A DNA stretch of 64,000 nucleotides, from contig CAKSZS010000002.1 of the NCBI GenBank assembly GCA_934525845.1, positions 29,265 through 93,264 on the forward strand. The letters run 5' to 3'. The notes under the pieces were generated by a model, which worked only from the letters and a program-made list of their open reading frames with translations, was not told where the DNA came from and did no database searches. Of the stretch, positions 1 through 7,969 are shown in pieces (the stretch's first letter is position 1; every line of letters begins with the position of its first letter). This DNA comes from an uncultured Faecalibacterium sp. Its GTDB lineage: Bacteria; Bacillota; Clostridia; Oscillospirales; Ruminococcaceae. A program made the position numbers and the translations under genes.

Positions 1-247
1 CGAGCGCAGGCACCAAAGTCGTTGCCGTCCAGGCCCAGAAGCTCGGAGGCACCCTCGCCCAGCAGCTCGTCCAGATAGCTCATCACCAGGCGGCACTGGC
101 CGCGCAGGGCGTCGGCATAGCCTTTCTTGGGGCGCCTGGTCTCTGCCTCGGAGGCCCGCTGCATATGCTTCTGCGCGGCTTTCATGCGCTCGAGGTCGTT
201 GGCGTTCAGGGCGGAAAACTCAAAGTCCTGGCCACAGATAATCATGT
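1..247 (-). CDS. phage protein, start codon at 247 (AGGAGGA RBS); the C-terminal part runs off the left edge; lies just downstream of the putative major tail gene (tail chaperone position)
   Basis: The reverse complement of 230-255 gives AGGAGGAcaagtacATGattatc. The ORF continues to base 1. The position matches siphovirus gene order. Confidence 0.45.
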
Positions 248-311
248 ACTTGTCCTCCTATAAAATGCGCCCCTGCCAGGGGTGACAGGGGCGGTATTGT
301 GCTTAGAAAAC

Positions 312-860
312 TTATGCCTTGACGGACTTTGCAGGCGCAGCAGACTGCGTTTCGGTCAGGTAGTCGAACTCGTCCGGGGTGCCGACGGCCTTGACATCCA
401 GCGCAAAGGTGGCTGCATTGCCTGCGGTGCCGCCCGCATCGCTGGTGACGATCAGGACGGCGTTGCCCGCTTCGCCCTTGCCGGTGCGGATGCTGAAGTA
501 AATGTACGGCACCTGGACGTCATTGCCGGAGCCATACTTGATCTTGTGGCTCAGGACAAAGTCCTGGAAGGCATCCCCCACGCAGCGGTTGCCGTTGACC
601 GCCAGGGTGCGCTGGGTGCTGCCCTTGGAGGTCACCGGGCCGGTGCGGATGAAGGTGTCATCCGTGGTGGTGGCATTCAGGGCGCCGCTGTGCTCCTTGA
701 CGTGGTCGGCGCAGACGATCCAGTCGGACTTCTTCGTCTGGGTGCTTTCGGTCTGGATGGCAAGGATGAAGTCGTCGGCTTCCTCAATGCCTTTATAGGT
801 GGCGCTGGGCTCGATGCCCTTGGCGGACTTGAGCTTGGCCAGGGTTTCTGCAACGGTCAT
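312..860 (-). CDS. putative phage major tail protein
   Basis: 182-aa ORF immediately downstream of the head-tail joining genes. Its size and composition fit siphovirus major tail proteins. The call rests on position only. Confidence 0.4.
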   Translation of the reverse strand: MTVAETLAKLKSAKGIEPSATYKGIEEADDFILAIQTESTQTKKSDWIVCADHVKEHSGALNATTTDDTFIRTGPVTSKGSTQRTLAVNGNRCVGDAFQDFVLSHKIKYGSGNDVQVPYIYFSIRTGKGEAGNAVLIVTSDAGGTAGNAATFALDVKAVGTPDEFDYLTETQSAAPAKSVKA

Positions 861-863
861 AGA

Positions 864-1310
864 TTATCTCCCTTCCTGGTAGTACTGGAGTTGAAGTTGG
901 ATCTGGAAGCGGCAGCTGCTGGCGTCCTGACTCATGATGTATCCGGGGGACAAGCAGACCACCTTTTCGGCGCGCTTGCCCTCAGACAGCTTCGGCAGCT
1001 GCCGGGCGTCGGACTGCAGCTCCACCCACTCTGCGAATTCATCCCAGAAGGAGCTGTTTGCCGCCTGCTGGACCTCGTCCGGGGAATAGATCATCCGGGA
1101 GGCCAACACATAGTTCTTCGCCCGGCGGCTGCCGAAGAAGAACTGTTCCAGCACCGTCGCCGTGGGTGTAGCTTCCAGCGAGAACTGCACTTGACTGGTC
1201 TCCGCGCCCAGGTACTCGATGGAGAACACTACATCCTCCCCCAGCGCCGTGGCCAACGGGCAGGCGGCCAGCCAGTCCAGCATGGCTTGGATGTCAGCGG
1301 TCTGGCTCAT
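864..1310 (-). CDS. phage head-tail joining / tail-completion protein (hypothetical)
   Basis: 148-aa ORF in the neck gene block between capsid and tail. It overlaps both neighbours by 4 nt. Confidence 0.35.
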   Translation of the reverse strand: MSQTADIQAMLDWLAACPLATALGEDVVFSIEYLGAETSQVQFSLEATPTATVLEQFFFGSRRAKNYVLASRMIYSPDEVQQAANSSFWDEFAEWVELQSDARQLPKLSEGKRAEKVVCLSPGYIMSQDASSCRFQIQLQLQYYQEGR

Positions 1311-1665
1311 TTGGTCACCCCCTTGGCGCGGGCCTTGACAAAAGCCGTGAAGTCCGCTTTGTGGTCATTGACGCAGCGCTCGCCCCAGTGGGGGCCGCGC
1401 CCATCCTCCCGCACACCCTGTCCGCAGGGCAGCCGATAGTACTGCGCCGCCGCGTAGGGCGTGGTATGGCGGATCAGGCCGCTGCCCAGCACGGTGCTGG
1501 TCTTGGCGCTGTCGGCCAGGGCGCCGGTGCGCTTGGTGACATAGGGCGTCACCAGCCGGAGGAACTCGCCGTCCGCTTCCTTCTGCAGGCGTTGGAAGCC
1601 TGCCTCGGTACGGGACTTGAAGTTTGGGTCCCACTGGATGCCGAGATTGATCGGGCCACTCATTA
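1307..1665 (-). CDS. phage head-tail joining protein (hypothetical)
   Basis: The start was refined to ATG at 1665 (GGAGGTGAcgtaATG), which overlaps the upstream stop as TAATGA. The product is 119 aa. Confidence 0.4.
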
Positions 1666-2088
1666 CGTCACCTCCACGCACCAATGCGGGCAGCGTCCGT
1701 CCCGGTTGTCCTGGATGCTGGTGATGGTACCGATGCGCCCGCTGGGCAGCGTCACCTTGTCCTCCGGGGCCATCGTCCAACGACAGGCCCTTGCGGGCTC
1801 GTCTGCGGCCTTGAACCCTGCCGGATCGAGAAAGGTGCTTGCCGCGTCCATCGCGGCCACAGCGCCGCTCTGCGGGGCTGCTGTGGAATGCCCTACAAAA
1901 ATGCAGATTTCAGAGCTGCTTTTCGGGGCGAAGCCGGAGCCCGCACCGGACTGTGCGCCGGTACCGGCTGCGGCTACCTCACGGCAGCTCACGCCAGACA
2001 GCACCGTGGTATAGCTGGTGCCGCCAGTGCCCTGCCGGATGCAATGCACCAGCGTGACACTCTTTGTTGCGAGAAGAGGCTTGCGCAT
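1663..2088 (-). CDS. phage head-tail adaptor-position protein (hypothetical)
   Basis: 141-aa ORF in the neck module, translationally coupled to the next gene. Confidence 0.35.
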   Translation of the reverse strand: MRKPLLATKSVTLVHCIRQGTGGTSYTTVLSGVSCREVAAAGTGAQSGAGSGFAPKSSSEICIFVGHSTAAPQSGAVAAMDAASTFLDPAGFKAADEPARACRWTMAPEDKVTLPSGRIGTITSIQDNRDGRCPHWCVEVT

Positions 2089-2101
2089 GGTAGGCCTCCT
2101 C

Positions 2102-2497
2102 TCAGCGTCTGCGGGGCGGGCGATACACGCCGCCCGGGTACAGCATCCAGCGGGTGACCGGTGCCGAGAGCACCTCGCTCACGATCTGGCTCTGCCGTTT
2201 GCCCAGGTACGCCTGCAGGTCCATCCCGGATGCATAGCTCTCGGTGTAGCCGTGGTTATTCACGCTGGTGACGCCGTCCCAGCTGGCGCTGACCTCTTCG
2301 GAGAGAGCCACCAGTCGGGCCTGGCACTGGGCCAGAAGTTCCCGTTGCTCGGGCTCTTCGGCGAGGCTGGCGCACCAGCGGGTGGCGCTCTCGATGAAGA
2401 GCGCTGCATCCACTGCCCGGGTCTGAAACTCGGTTTCGGGCAGCGCTGCGCCCGGATACTGTGCTTTATACGCGGAATAGGTCAGCCAGCTGTCCAT
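2102..2497 (-). CDS. phage head-tail connector / DNA-packaging (gp6-like position) protein
   Basis: 131-aa ORF directly downstream of the major capsid gene. Confidence 0.35.
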   Translation of the reverse strand: MDSWLTYSAYKAQYPGAALPETEFQTRAVDAALFIESATRWCASLAEEPEQRELLAQCQARLVALSEEVSASWDGVTSVNNHGYTESYASGMDLQAYLGKRQSQIVSEVLSAPVTRWMLYPGGVYRPPRRR

Positions 2498-2500
2498 AGC

Positions 2501-3496
2501 TTACTCCTCGGCAAAGTTTGCCTTGGGAATGGTGATCTTGCCCATACGGACGTTCTTGTGGTCGAACTTCAGCGCCCAGTTTGCCTTGTTAGTGAACTCA
2601 GCATCGGTGGGGGTGGGCTTGTTGATCTTGTCACCGTCGAAAGAAACACCGTTCGGGTGCAGGATGAAGCTGCGGTTGTTGTACAGGATGTCGGTGCCGC
2701 CTGCCTTAGCCGCGTCGTACTCGGTGTAGTCCGGGGTGATGACCTTGGGGTTTGCGGTCAGCACAGAGCCCTGACCCAGCAGGAAGCTGTTGTAGTTGGT
2801 GCCGTCGTCGGTGCCGCGGTCGTTCTCGATGACCACCAGGCCGTTGATGGTAGGCAGGCTGACCTCCTTCTGCAGCACGTTGGTGATGACGTACTTGTTG
2901 TAGTTCAGCAGGCCCATCTTCTTGTATTCGGCCAGGATCTTGGAGTGCACCACCAGCAGGCCGAACTTGCCGGAGAAGTCGCCCAGGGCGGACTGCTGCA
3001 CGTCGATCAGCTGGTTGGCGGTCACACCGCCGCTCTTGACGGTCAGGGTGTGGCTCGACAGGCCGGACAGACCCAGAACGGAATCGACCAGCTTGACCAG
3101 CAGGCTCTGCTTGTACATCCGCCAGTAGCGGCCGGTGTTGCGGGCCACGGCGGCCATGGGGTCGGCTGCGGTCAGCTCCTGAGTCAGCTCGGTGGCCTTC
3201 CAGGCTTTCATGCGGTCGATGCGGATCCAGGACTGCTTGCCGCCGGAGACCTCAGAGGGTACGTTGTCCTGGGTGCCGTCGCGCACCAGAGGGGCGTCCG
3301 TGTCGGGATCCAGGGGGTTGTAGAAGCGAATGGTGCCCATCGTGCCGCCGTTGTCCAGCGAAGTGGCCAGACTCTGGTCGCTTGCCAGAATGCCGGAAGC
3401 AAGGATGGAATCGGAGAAAGTGGCTTCCTGATCCACGAAGCCCTGGTAGACTTCGGGGTCAAACGGGAAACCACCAAAAGTAGCGGGAATCGGCAT
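2501..3496 (-). CDS. phage major capsid protein
   Basis: 331-aa ORF following the scaffold gene. Its size and sequence character are typical of a capsid protein. Confidence 0.65.
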   Translation of the reverse strand: MPIPATFGGFPFDPEVYQGFVDQEATFSDSILASGILASDQSLATSLDNGGTMGTIRFYNPLDPDTDAPLVRDGTQDNVPSEVSGGKQSWIRIDRMKAWKATELTQELTAADPMAAVARNTGRYWRMYKQSLLVKLVDSVLGLSGLSSHTLTVKSGGVTANQLIDVQQSALGDFSGKFGLLVVHSKILAEYKKMGLLNYNKYVITNVLQKEVSLPTINGLVVIENDRGTDDGTNYNSFLLGQGSVLTANPKVITPDYTEYDAAKAGGTDILYNNRSFILHPNGVSFDGDKINKPTPTDAEFTNKANWALKFDHKNVRMGKITIPKANFAEE

Positions 3497-3511
3497 AGTT
3501 CAGTTACCTCA

Positions 3512-4144
3512 TTAGTGTCGTGCGGCTCTCACCAAAGCAGAGAGCTGCTGGAAAAGTGCCGGGTTGCGGGTGCGCAGGGCCATGCGTTCTGCGCCGGTCA
3601 TTGCCAGAAACTCCTGCAGGGTGGGCTGTGCGTTGCCGCCCTGGCTGCGGGGCTTCGGGACGATGATCGGGTTAGTGGGCTCCTGCGGCTCAGCGCCCGG
3701 CTGCGGGCCTGCGCCGTCCTGCGGGGTGGGAGCGCCCTGCTGGAACAGGTACGGCTTGCGGGATTTGAGATCAGCGAATGCCTGCTTGACATCCTCGGCC
3801 TGATTCTTGCTCTCGCGCAGTGTAGCTCTGTTCGGCAGCAATGCGATAGCATCGTTCTCGTCCAGAGCACCGGCCTCGTGGGCCGCAGCGCGCAGCACAC
3901 CGGTGAAGGTGAACTCCGCAGCCTGCTGGCTCAGCTGGTTGGTCAGGTTGGTGATCTGGCTGCGCAGATCGTTGATGTCCACGCCGTCAAAGGCGGCCAG
4001 ACCCTGCTGGGCGGTGGTCAGCTGTGCCTGCAGGGCCTGTACCGTGGCCTGGTGCGTTGCTTCGTCCAGACCATGCAGCCGCATGACCGCGTTGATCTGC
4101 TCTTCGGTCAGGCCCTCGATGGCCTTCAAGTCCTCACGTTTCAT
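3512..4144 (-). CDS. phage scaffolding protein
   Basis: The start was refined to ATG at 4144 (GGGAGGTaacaccATG). The protein is helical and Q/A/E-rich (MKREDLKAIEGLTEEQ...) and sits upstream of the capsid gene. Confidence 0.55.
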   Translation of the reverse strand: MKREDLKAIEGLTEEQINAVMRLHGLDEATHQATVQALQAQLTTAQQGLAAFDGVDINDLRSQITNLTNQLSQQAAEFTFTGVLRAAAHEAGALDENDAIALLPNRATLRESKNQAEDVKQAFADLKSRKPYLFQQGAPTPQDGAGPQPGAEPQEPTNPIIVPKPRSQGGNAQPTLQEFLAMTGAERMALRTRNPALFQQLSALVRAARH

Positions 4145-4265
4145 GGTGTTACCTCCCGTTGGGCCTACGGCGTTGGTGTCGCGCCGCCGTGCGCGGGCCC
4201 TCTGCACCTCTCTGACACCGGGTGCGTGGTGTAATCTGGGATTATCGTATCACACCCCGGGGCAT

Positions 4266-4282
4266 AAAAACGTTACGAGTTG
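4266..4282 (-). promoter_or_regulatory. conserved late-operon motif AACTCGTAACGTTTTT (minus-strand sense), copy 1 of 4
   Basis: The same ~15-nt motif occurs at 14040, 15186 and 17032, each 50-125 bp upstream of a minus-strand gene start, and here is followed by a -10-like GATAAT. Confidence 0.45.
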
Positions 4283-4313
4283 GCTTGACTGTCTGTAACT
4301 GAGCATACAGAAA

Positions 4314-4532
4314 TCCCTATAAACCCTACGCGGGCGGGCATCAAGCGCGTTCTCGCGCGTATACATTCTTATTTTCTTCTGATAAGGGTCAGGATAAGAG
4401 TTTGAGTATGTTGTGTATGTTTCGCCCCGAAAACCCGCATGAACACTCACTTTTTCGTGCATACAAACTTTGTAACAAGCACGCCCTAGATTTTTGTTGG
4501 TTACAACTGGAATTTTGTTGTTTCTGTATGCA
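4314..4532. repeat. low-GC conserved non-coding element, copy R1 (~219 bp, contains GTATGTT iterons and TTGTAAC/GTTACAA inverted repeat)
   Basis: >90% identical to 31355-31573 and partly to 19158-19330. About 40% GC against ~62% in the flanks. Only short ORFs that do not look like genes. Confidence 0.8.
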
Positions 4533-4539
4533 CAAAAGA

Positions 4540-4580
4540 GCGCCCCGCGCCGGGAGGTTCGTCCTCTTCGGTGCGGGGCG
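4540..4580. terminator. bidirectional rho-independent terminator
   Basis: GC-rich hairpin GCGCCCCGCGCC...GGTGCGGGGCG flanked by a T-run on the plus strand and CTCTTTTG on the minus strand. Confidence 0.6.
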
Positions 4581-4596
4581 TTTTGCGGTGTAGCGG

Positions 4597-4824
4597 TCAG
4601 TTTTCGTCAGGTGCAATGATGAGCTGGGAGCCGTCCGGGAGAACGAATGCCAGCTTTGCGCCGCAGATTGCGGCGGCCTTGGCAAGATCTTTTGCTGACC
4701 AGCTGTCCCGACGTAGCTTGTTGTTCATGGCCTGCGGGGTGGTCATGCCAAATGCTGCGGCAAAGCTGCCCTGGTCGGTTTCGGTCAGCTCCAGCAGGGC
4801 TTTGACTCTGGATGATGTGGTCAT
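4597..4824 (-). CDS. XRE-family helix-turn-helix transcriptional regulator
   Basis: 75-aa ORF oriented divergently from the plus-strand small-gene array. It has an HTH-like region (FAAAFGMTTPQAMNNKLRR). Confidence 0.5.
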   Translation of the reverse strand: MTTSSRVKALLELTETDQGSFAAAFGMTTPQAMNNKLRRDSWSAKDLAKAAAICGAKLAFVLPDGSQLIIAPDEN

Positions 4825-4914
4825 TTGAAATCACTCCTTTCCGCGACAAGGATAGGACAGTTCCAAGCAAAAGTCAACAACAAAAAGAATTTTAAAAATA
4901 AATCAAAAACAACT

Positions 4915-4943
4915 TGACTTTGTGCTTGTGCAGAGTTAACATA
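4915..4943 (+). promoter_or_regulatory. sigma70-like promoter for plus-strand small-gene array (TTGACT-17-TAACAT)
   Basis: TTGACT at 4915, a 17-nt spacer and TAACAT at 4938 lie in the divergent intergenic region. Confidence 0.45.
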
Positions 4944-4991
4944 CAGCCACCGGAAGGGTTCCGGACAAAAAATAACGGAGGTAAACGAAAA

Positions 4992-5159
4992 ATGACAAAT
5001 CTGGAAATGATGAAAAACTACATTCGGGAGCATGACCTTGCTGGCCAGGTGCGTGAGTTGGTAGAGGCCCTTGGTATGAGCCCTGCTTCTGCTATCGAGG
5101 ACGTGTACGACAGCCACACCCTTACCCGTGCAGAGTATGCTGCTAAATATCTCGCGTGA
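4992..5159 (+). CDS. hypothetical small phage accessory protein (55 aa)
   Basis: GGAGGTaaacgaaaaATG start. It is the first gene of the plus-strand array. Confidence 0.45.
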   Translation: MTNLEMMKNYIREHDLAGQVRELVEALGMSPASAIEDVYDSHTLTRAEYAAKYLA

Positions 5160-5176
5160 TGAAGGAGGGCTGAACC

Positions 5177-5356
5177 ATGGAGCGTATGGGTATTGACGAA
5201 ATCAGGGCCGCCGCTGATCCGGTGGCCACCTGCAAGGAGCAGATCCGCCGCTGGAAGATTTCCTACTCCCGCTACTGCGGGAGCCGCCGTGGGGGCCTGT
5301 ACTACGAAGAAAACATCAGAGAGCTGTACGAGCTGCTGAAAGAGTTGGAGGACTGA
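5177..5356 (+). CDS. hypothetical small phage accessory protein (59 aa, not in the ORF track)
   Basis: GAAGGAGGGCTGAACCATG start. Translated by hand as MERMGIDEIRAAADPVATCKEQIRRWKISYSRYCGSRRGGLYYEENIRELYELLKELED. Confidence 0.45.
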   Translation: MERMGIDEIRAAADPVATCKEQIRRWKISYSRYCGSRRGGLYYEENIRELYELLKELED

Positions 5357-5359
5357 ACC

Positions 5360-5641
5360 ATGAAAAAGAATGAACTGTTTGAACTGGCCGAGCGCCTGCA
5401 CATGGAGCCCCTGATGGTGGCCACGGATGTCCGGGAGTGCTATGGCGAGACGGTGATCGTGAACGAATATCAGACCGGGTTCCAGCTGGATGCTGAAGAG
5501 CTGGTGCCGGAGATCGAGCGTCTGATGGGGCCTGCGGATGCTGATAAGGCTGTTACTCCGGTTCGTATGGTAGCAGGTACGAAGTTCTATCGGTATCAGC
5601 TGTTCGCACCGAGCAACTGGTTTGAACGTGAGGAGGACTGA
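5360..5641 (+). CDS. hypothetical small phage accessory protein (93 aa)
   Basis: Stereotyped junction GAGGACTGAACCATG. Confidence 0.5.
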   Translation: MKKNELFELAERLHMEPLMVATDVRECYGETVIVNEYQTGFQLDAEELVPEIERLMGPADADKAVTPVRMVAGTKFYRYQLFAPSNWFEREED

Positions 5642-5644
5642 ACT

Positions 5645-5878
5645 ATGAAGAGCCTGAAAGTTGTGTACGAGTCTGAGGCCACTGACTGTGGCATCCCCGT
5701 CCGGAGGGAGATCGTCGGCGTGGTGAGCGTCAAGTCCGGCTGGTGGGAACGGCTGTGCCGGAGCCGCGACACCGAATCCGCACGATGCGCAATCGACCTT
5801 CGGGTCGCTGCCCAGGAGAAGGCCGCAGGCCGGAAGTTCATTTTCGGCAGCGTTCGTTCGTATCAGCTTGTGAAGTGA
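5645..5878 (+). CDS. hypothetical small phage accessory protein (77 aa)
   Basis: Stereotyped junction GAGGAGGACTGAACTATG. Confidence 0.5.
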   Translation: MKSLKVVYESEATDCGIPVRREIVGVVSVKSGWWERLCRSRDTESARCAIDLRVAAQEKAAGRKFIFGSVRSYQLVK

Positions 5879-5892
5879 GGGGAGAGAGAACT

Positions 5893-6153
5893 ATGAACAA
5901 GGCATATGTTGATTCGCTGCAGCAGGGTGTCCGCGCGCTGGCATTCAATCTGGATACTTACTGGTGCCTGGCACACCATCCGGAGCTGTCGGAGGAGGAG
6001 CGCCAGCGGGATGAATCCGGGTACTTCGGATTTGTCACTGCGCTGGTGATGCTGGGCGGCAGCTACTGGCGGGACGAGAAAGGGCACCACAGGGTGTTCT
6101 TGGCGGGGCTGTCCAGCCGTGACACCGACGAGTACACCAACAAGGAGGGCTGA
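5893..6153 (+). CDS. hypothetical small phage accessory protein (86 aa)
   Basis: The start was refined to ATG at 5893 (GAGGGGAGAGAGAACTATG). Confidence 0.45.
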   Translation: MNKAYVDSLQQGVRALAFNLDTYWCLAHHPELSEEERQRDESGYFGFVTALVMLGGSYWRDEKGHHRVFLAGLSSRDTDEYTNKEG

Positions 6154-6156
6154 ATC

Positions 6157-6585
6157 ATGAAATTCTATTACAAGGGCCAGCTAGTGCGCACCAGCAAGAC
6201 GCACACCTACCACTGGGCGATCCTCGAGGAGCTGGAGGACGGCACTCTGAAGATCTACGGCTGCCGGGAAGACCGGGCGGCAGCCGATGCAGAACTGGCG
6301 CGGGTGCTCCGCAGGGGACACCCCTATGCAATGGTCGCGGCCCTGGACACCGACCCTCAGCCTGCCGCGCTGACCCTCGCCCAGTTCATGGCGCTGGCGC
6401 GGGAGCACTACACCACCGGGGGCGGCAGTTATGCGGAGTGCTGGGACGAGCGTACCTTCGCCTACTTCGTGAAGGAGTTCGGCCCCATCACCAAGGCCCG
6501 GGCGCTGCAGATGTTCGCTGCGGCGTTCGACGAGGAGAAGGAAGAACGGGCAATTGCCCAGGCGGCTAAGAAGGGAGAATGGTGA
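6157..6585 (+). CDS. hypothetical phage accessory protein (142 aa)
   Basis: Junction AAGGAGGGCTGAATCATG. Confidence 0.5.
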   Translation: MKFYYKGQLVRTSKTHTYHWAILEELEDGTLKIYGCREDRAAADAELARVLRRGHPYAMVAALDTDPQPAALTLAQFMALAREHYTTGGGSYAECWDERTFAYFVKEFGPITKARALQMFAAAFDEEKEERAIAQAAKKGEW

Positions 6586-6587
6586 TT

Positions 6588-6836
6588 ATGAAAACGCTGA
6601 ACATTACTTATGACACCGTGGAGATCGAGAACGGTGAGAAGATCGTCGGGGAGACCTGCTACCCCGTCAAGATGCAGGACGCGCTGGCAGAACAGCTGCT
6701 CCGCGACCCCAGCTCCTGCGGGGTCATTGACACGGCCCGCCTCGAGTTCCTGCTGCAAAGTGTGGAGATCCTGCAGGGCCGGAGATTCGTGGACGGCAGC
6801 ATCAAGCATTACGAACTGGTGAAGGGAACTGAATGA
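6588..6836 (+). CDS. hypothetical small phage accessory protein (82 aa)
   Basis: The start was refined to ATG at 6588 (AAGGGAGAAtggtgattATG). Confidence 0.45.
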   Translation: MKTLNITYDTVEIENGEKIVGETCYPVKMQDALAEQLLRDPSSCGVIDTARLEFLLQSVEILQGRRFVDGSIKHYELVKGTE

Positions 6837-7105
6837 TGAAGAAGGTCAACGTGTTGGTCTATAACGATGAACTGGAAACGCTGCAAGCGCAATTTTCTAA
6901 CGAGGATGACGGCATCCAGATTTTCAATCGCAATTCGCTTTGGTCGGATGCCCCGGTGAGCTTGGGTGTCCAGTGGGCGTCCTTCGGGACCAAGAGCCCG
7001 GCGGAAGCTGCCGAGTATGCAAACCGGATTCTGGATGCTGCCATGGCGGCAGAGAACTTCGTGTACAATGGCTATGTAGTGGACTACGGTGGGGGTGATC
7101 AGTGA
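6833..7105 (+). CDS. hypothetical small phage accessory protein (90 aa)
   Basis: Starts at an ATGA overlap with the previous gene. Confidence 0.45.
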   Translation: MMKKVNVLVYNDELETLQAQFSNEDDGIQIFNRNSLWSDAPVSLGVQWASFGTKSPAEAAEYANRILDAAMAAENFVYNGYVVDYGGGDQ

Positions 7106-7383
7106 TGCGTGGATTCCGGGCTGAAATGGGTGGCCAGTTCTGGCATGAAGGTCAGACTGAAAGGAACGGGCATCTGTTCCGGTGGGAGGCCAAGGTTTAC
7201 CCCGAGGCCGGCGAATCTGGTGTCAACGGGGGAAAGGTATCGAAGCTCTGGATCGCCGAGCTGCCTCCCGGCGAGGTCCGGTACTGGCAGGAGGCCGCCT
7301 ACTATGATCGAGGGTGGTGCACGCTGCCGTCCACGCAGGAGGCGATGGATTTCGTGGACGAGCTGCTGGAACATTTCAAATGA
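7102..7383 (+). CDS. hypothetical small phage accessory protein (93 aa)
   Basis: Last gene of the array. A terminator hairpin follows it. Confidence 0.45.
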   Translation: MMRGFRAEMGGQFWHEGQTERNGHLFRWEAKVYPEAGESGVNGGKVSKLWIAELPPGEVRYWQEAAYYDRGWCTLPSTQEAMDFVDELLEHFK

Positions 7384-7395
7384 ATTACTCAACAA

Positions 7396-7430
7396 GAAAA
7401 GCCCTGAAGGTACATTCCCTCAGGGCTTTT
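7396..7430. terminator. bidirectional terminator hairpin AAAAGCCCTGAAGG...CCCTCAGGGCTTTT
   Basis: Perfect inverted repeat flanked by A/T runs on both strands. It sits between the convergent plus-strand array and the lipoprotein gene. Confidence 0.6.
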
Positions 7431-7444
7431 GCTCTGCTTATTTC

Positions 7445-7969
7445 TCAGCGGATCTGCTCGATCTCGCCGGTCTCCATATCCACAAAATATTCCGCCAGAA
7501 CGGTGCCGCTGCCCAGCAGGTCAGCGTCGTGCTCCTCTTTGGAGACGTAGTCCTGCACGGTCACATCCAAACTGCCGCCCGACACCATGATCTTCGTGGT
7601 GGTGTTGTAGTTGAAGTTCACGATGAAGTGGATCTCACTGTCGTCGGTGAAATACTGCTTGTAGTAGTCCAGCGCATACTCGCTCATGTCAATGTTCTCT
7701 GCGATCAGCGAAATGCGCCAGTTGCCGGTTTTGTCGTTGCGGACCTTGCTCACCGTGAACTTGATGCCGTCCAGGGGCGAGGATTCTGCGGTTGCTTCGC
7801 TCTCCGGTGCGGCGCTGGTGCTATCTGCGACGCTCTCGCTCACGGAACTGGCCGGAGTACTGGATGCTGCGCTGCTGGCGGTGCCGGAAGAGCTGCCGCC
7901 GCAGGCGGTCAGGCCGAGTGCGAGGGCGAGCAGCACAATGCCCGCCCGGATTTTATTCTTGATCTTCAT
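7445..7969 (-). CDS. phage-encoded lipoprotein (moron; possible superinfection-exclusion candidate)
   Basis: N-terminus MKIKNKIRAGIVLLALALGLTACGG is a signal peptide with an L-T-A-C lipobox, followed by a Ser/Ala-rich linker. Confidence 0.65.
   Translation of the reverse strand: MKIKNKIRAGIVLLALALGLTACGGSSSGTASSAASSTPASSVSESVADSTSAAPESEATAESSPLDGIKFTVSKVRNDKTGNWRISLIAENIDMSEYALDYYKQYFTDDSEIHFIVNFNYNTTTKIMVSGGSLDVTVQDYVSKEEHDADLLGSGTVLAEYFVDMETGEIEQIR

Noticed and set aside
4402-4593. Short ORFs inside the triplicated element (4402-4593 +, 4250-4462 -, 31340-31603 +, 31344-31592 -, 19296-19532 -)
   Set aside because: No RBS. Conservation between copies is at the nucleotide level across all frames. 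The low-GC composition is atypical of coding sequence here, so they are treated as non-coding.
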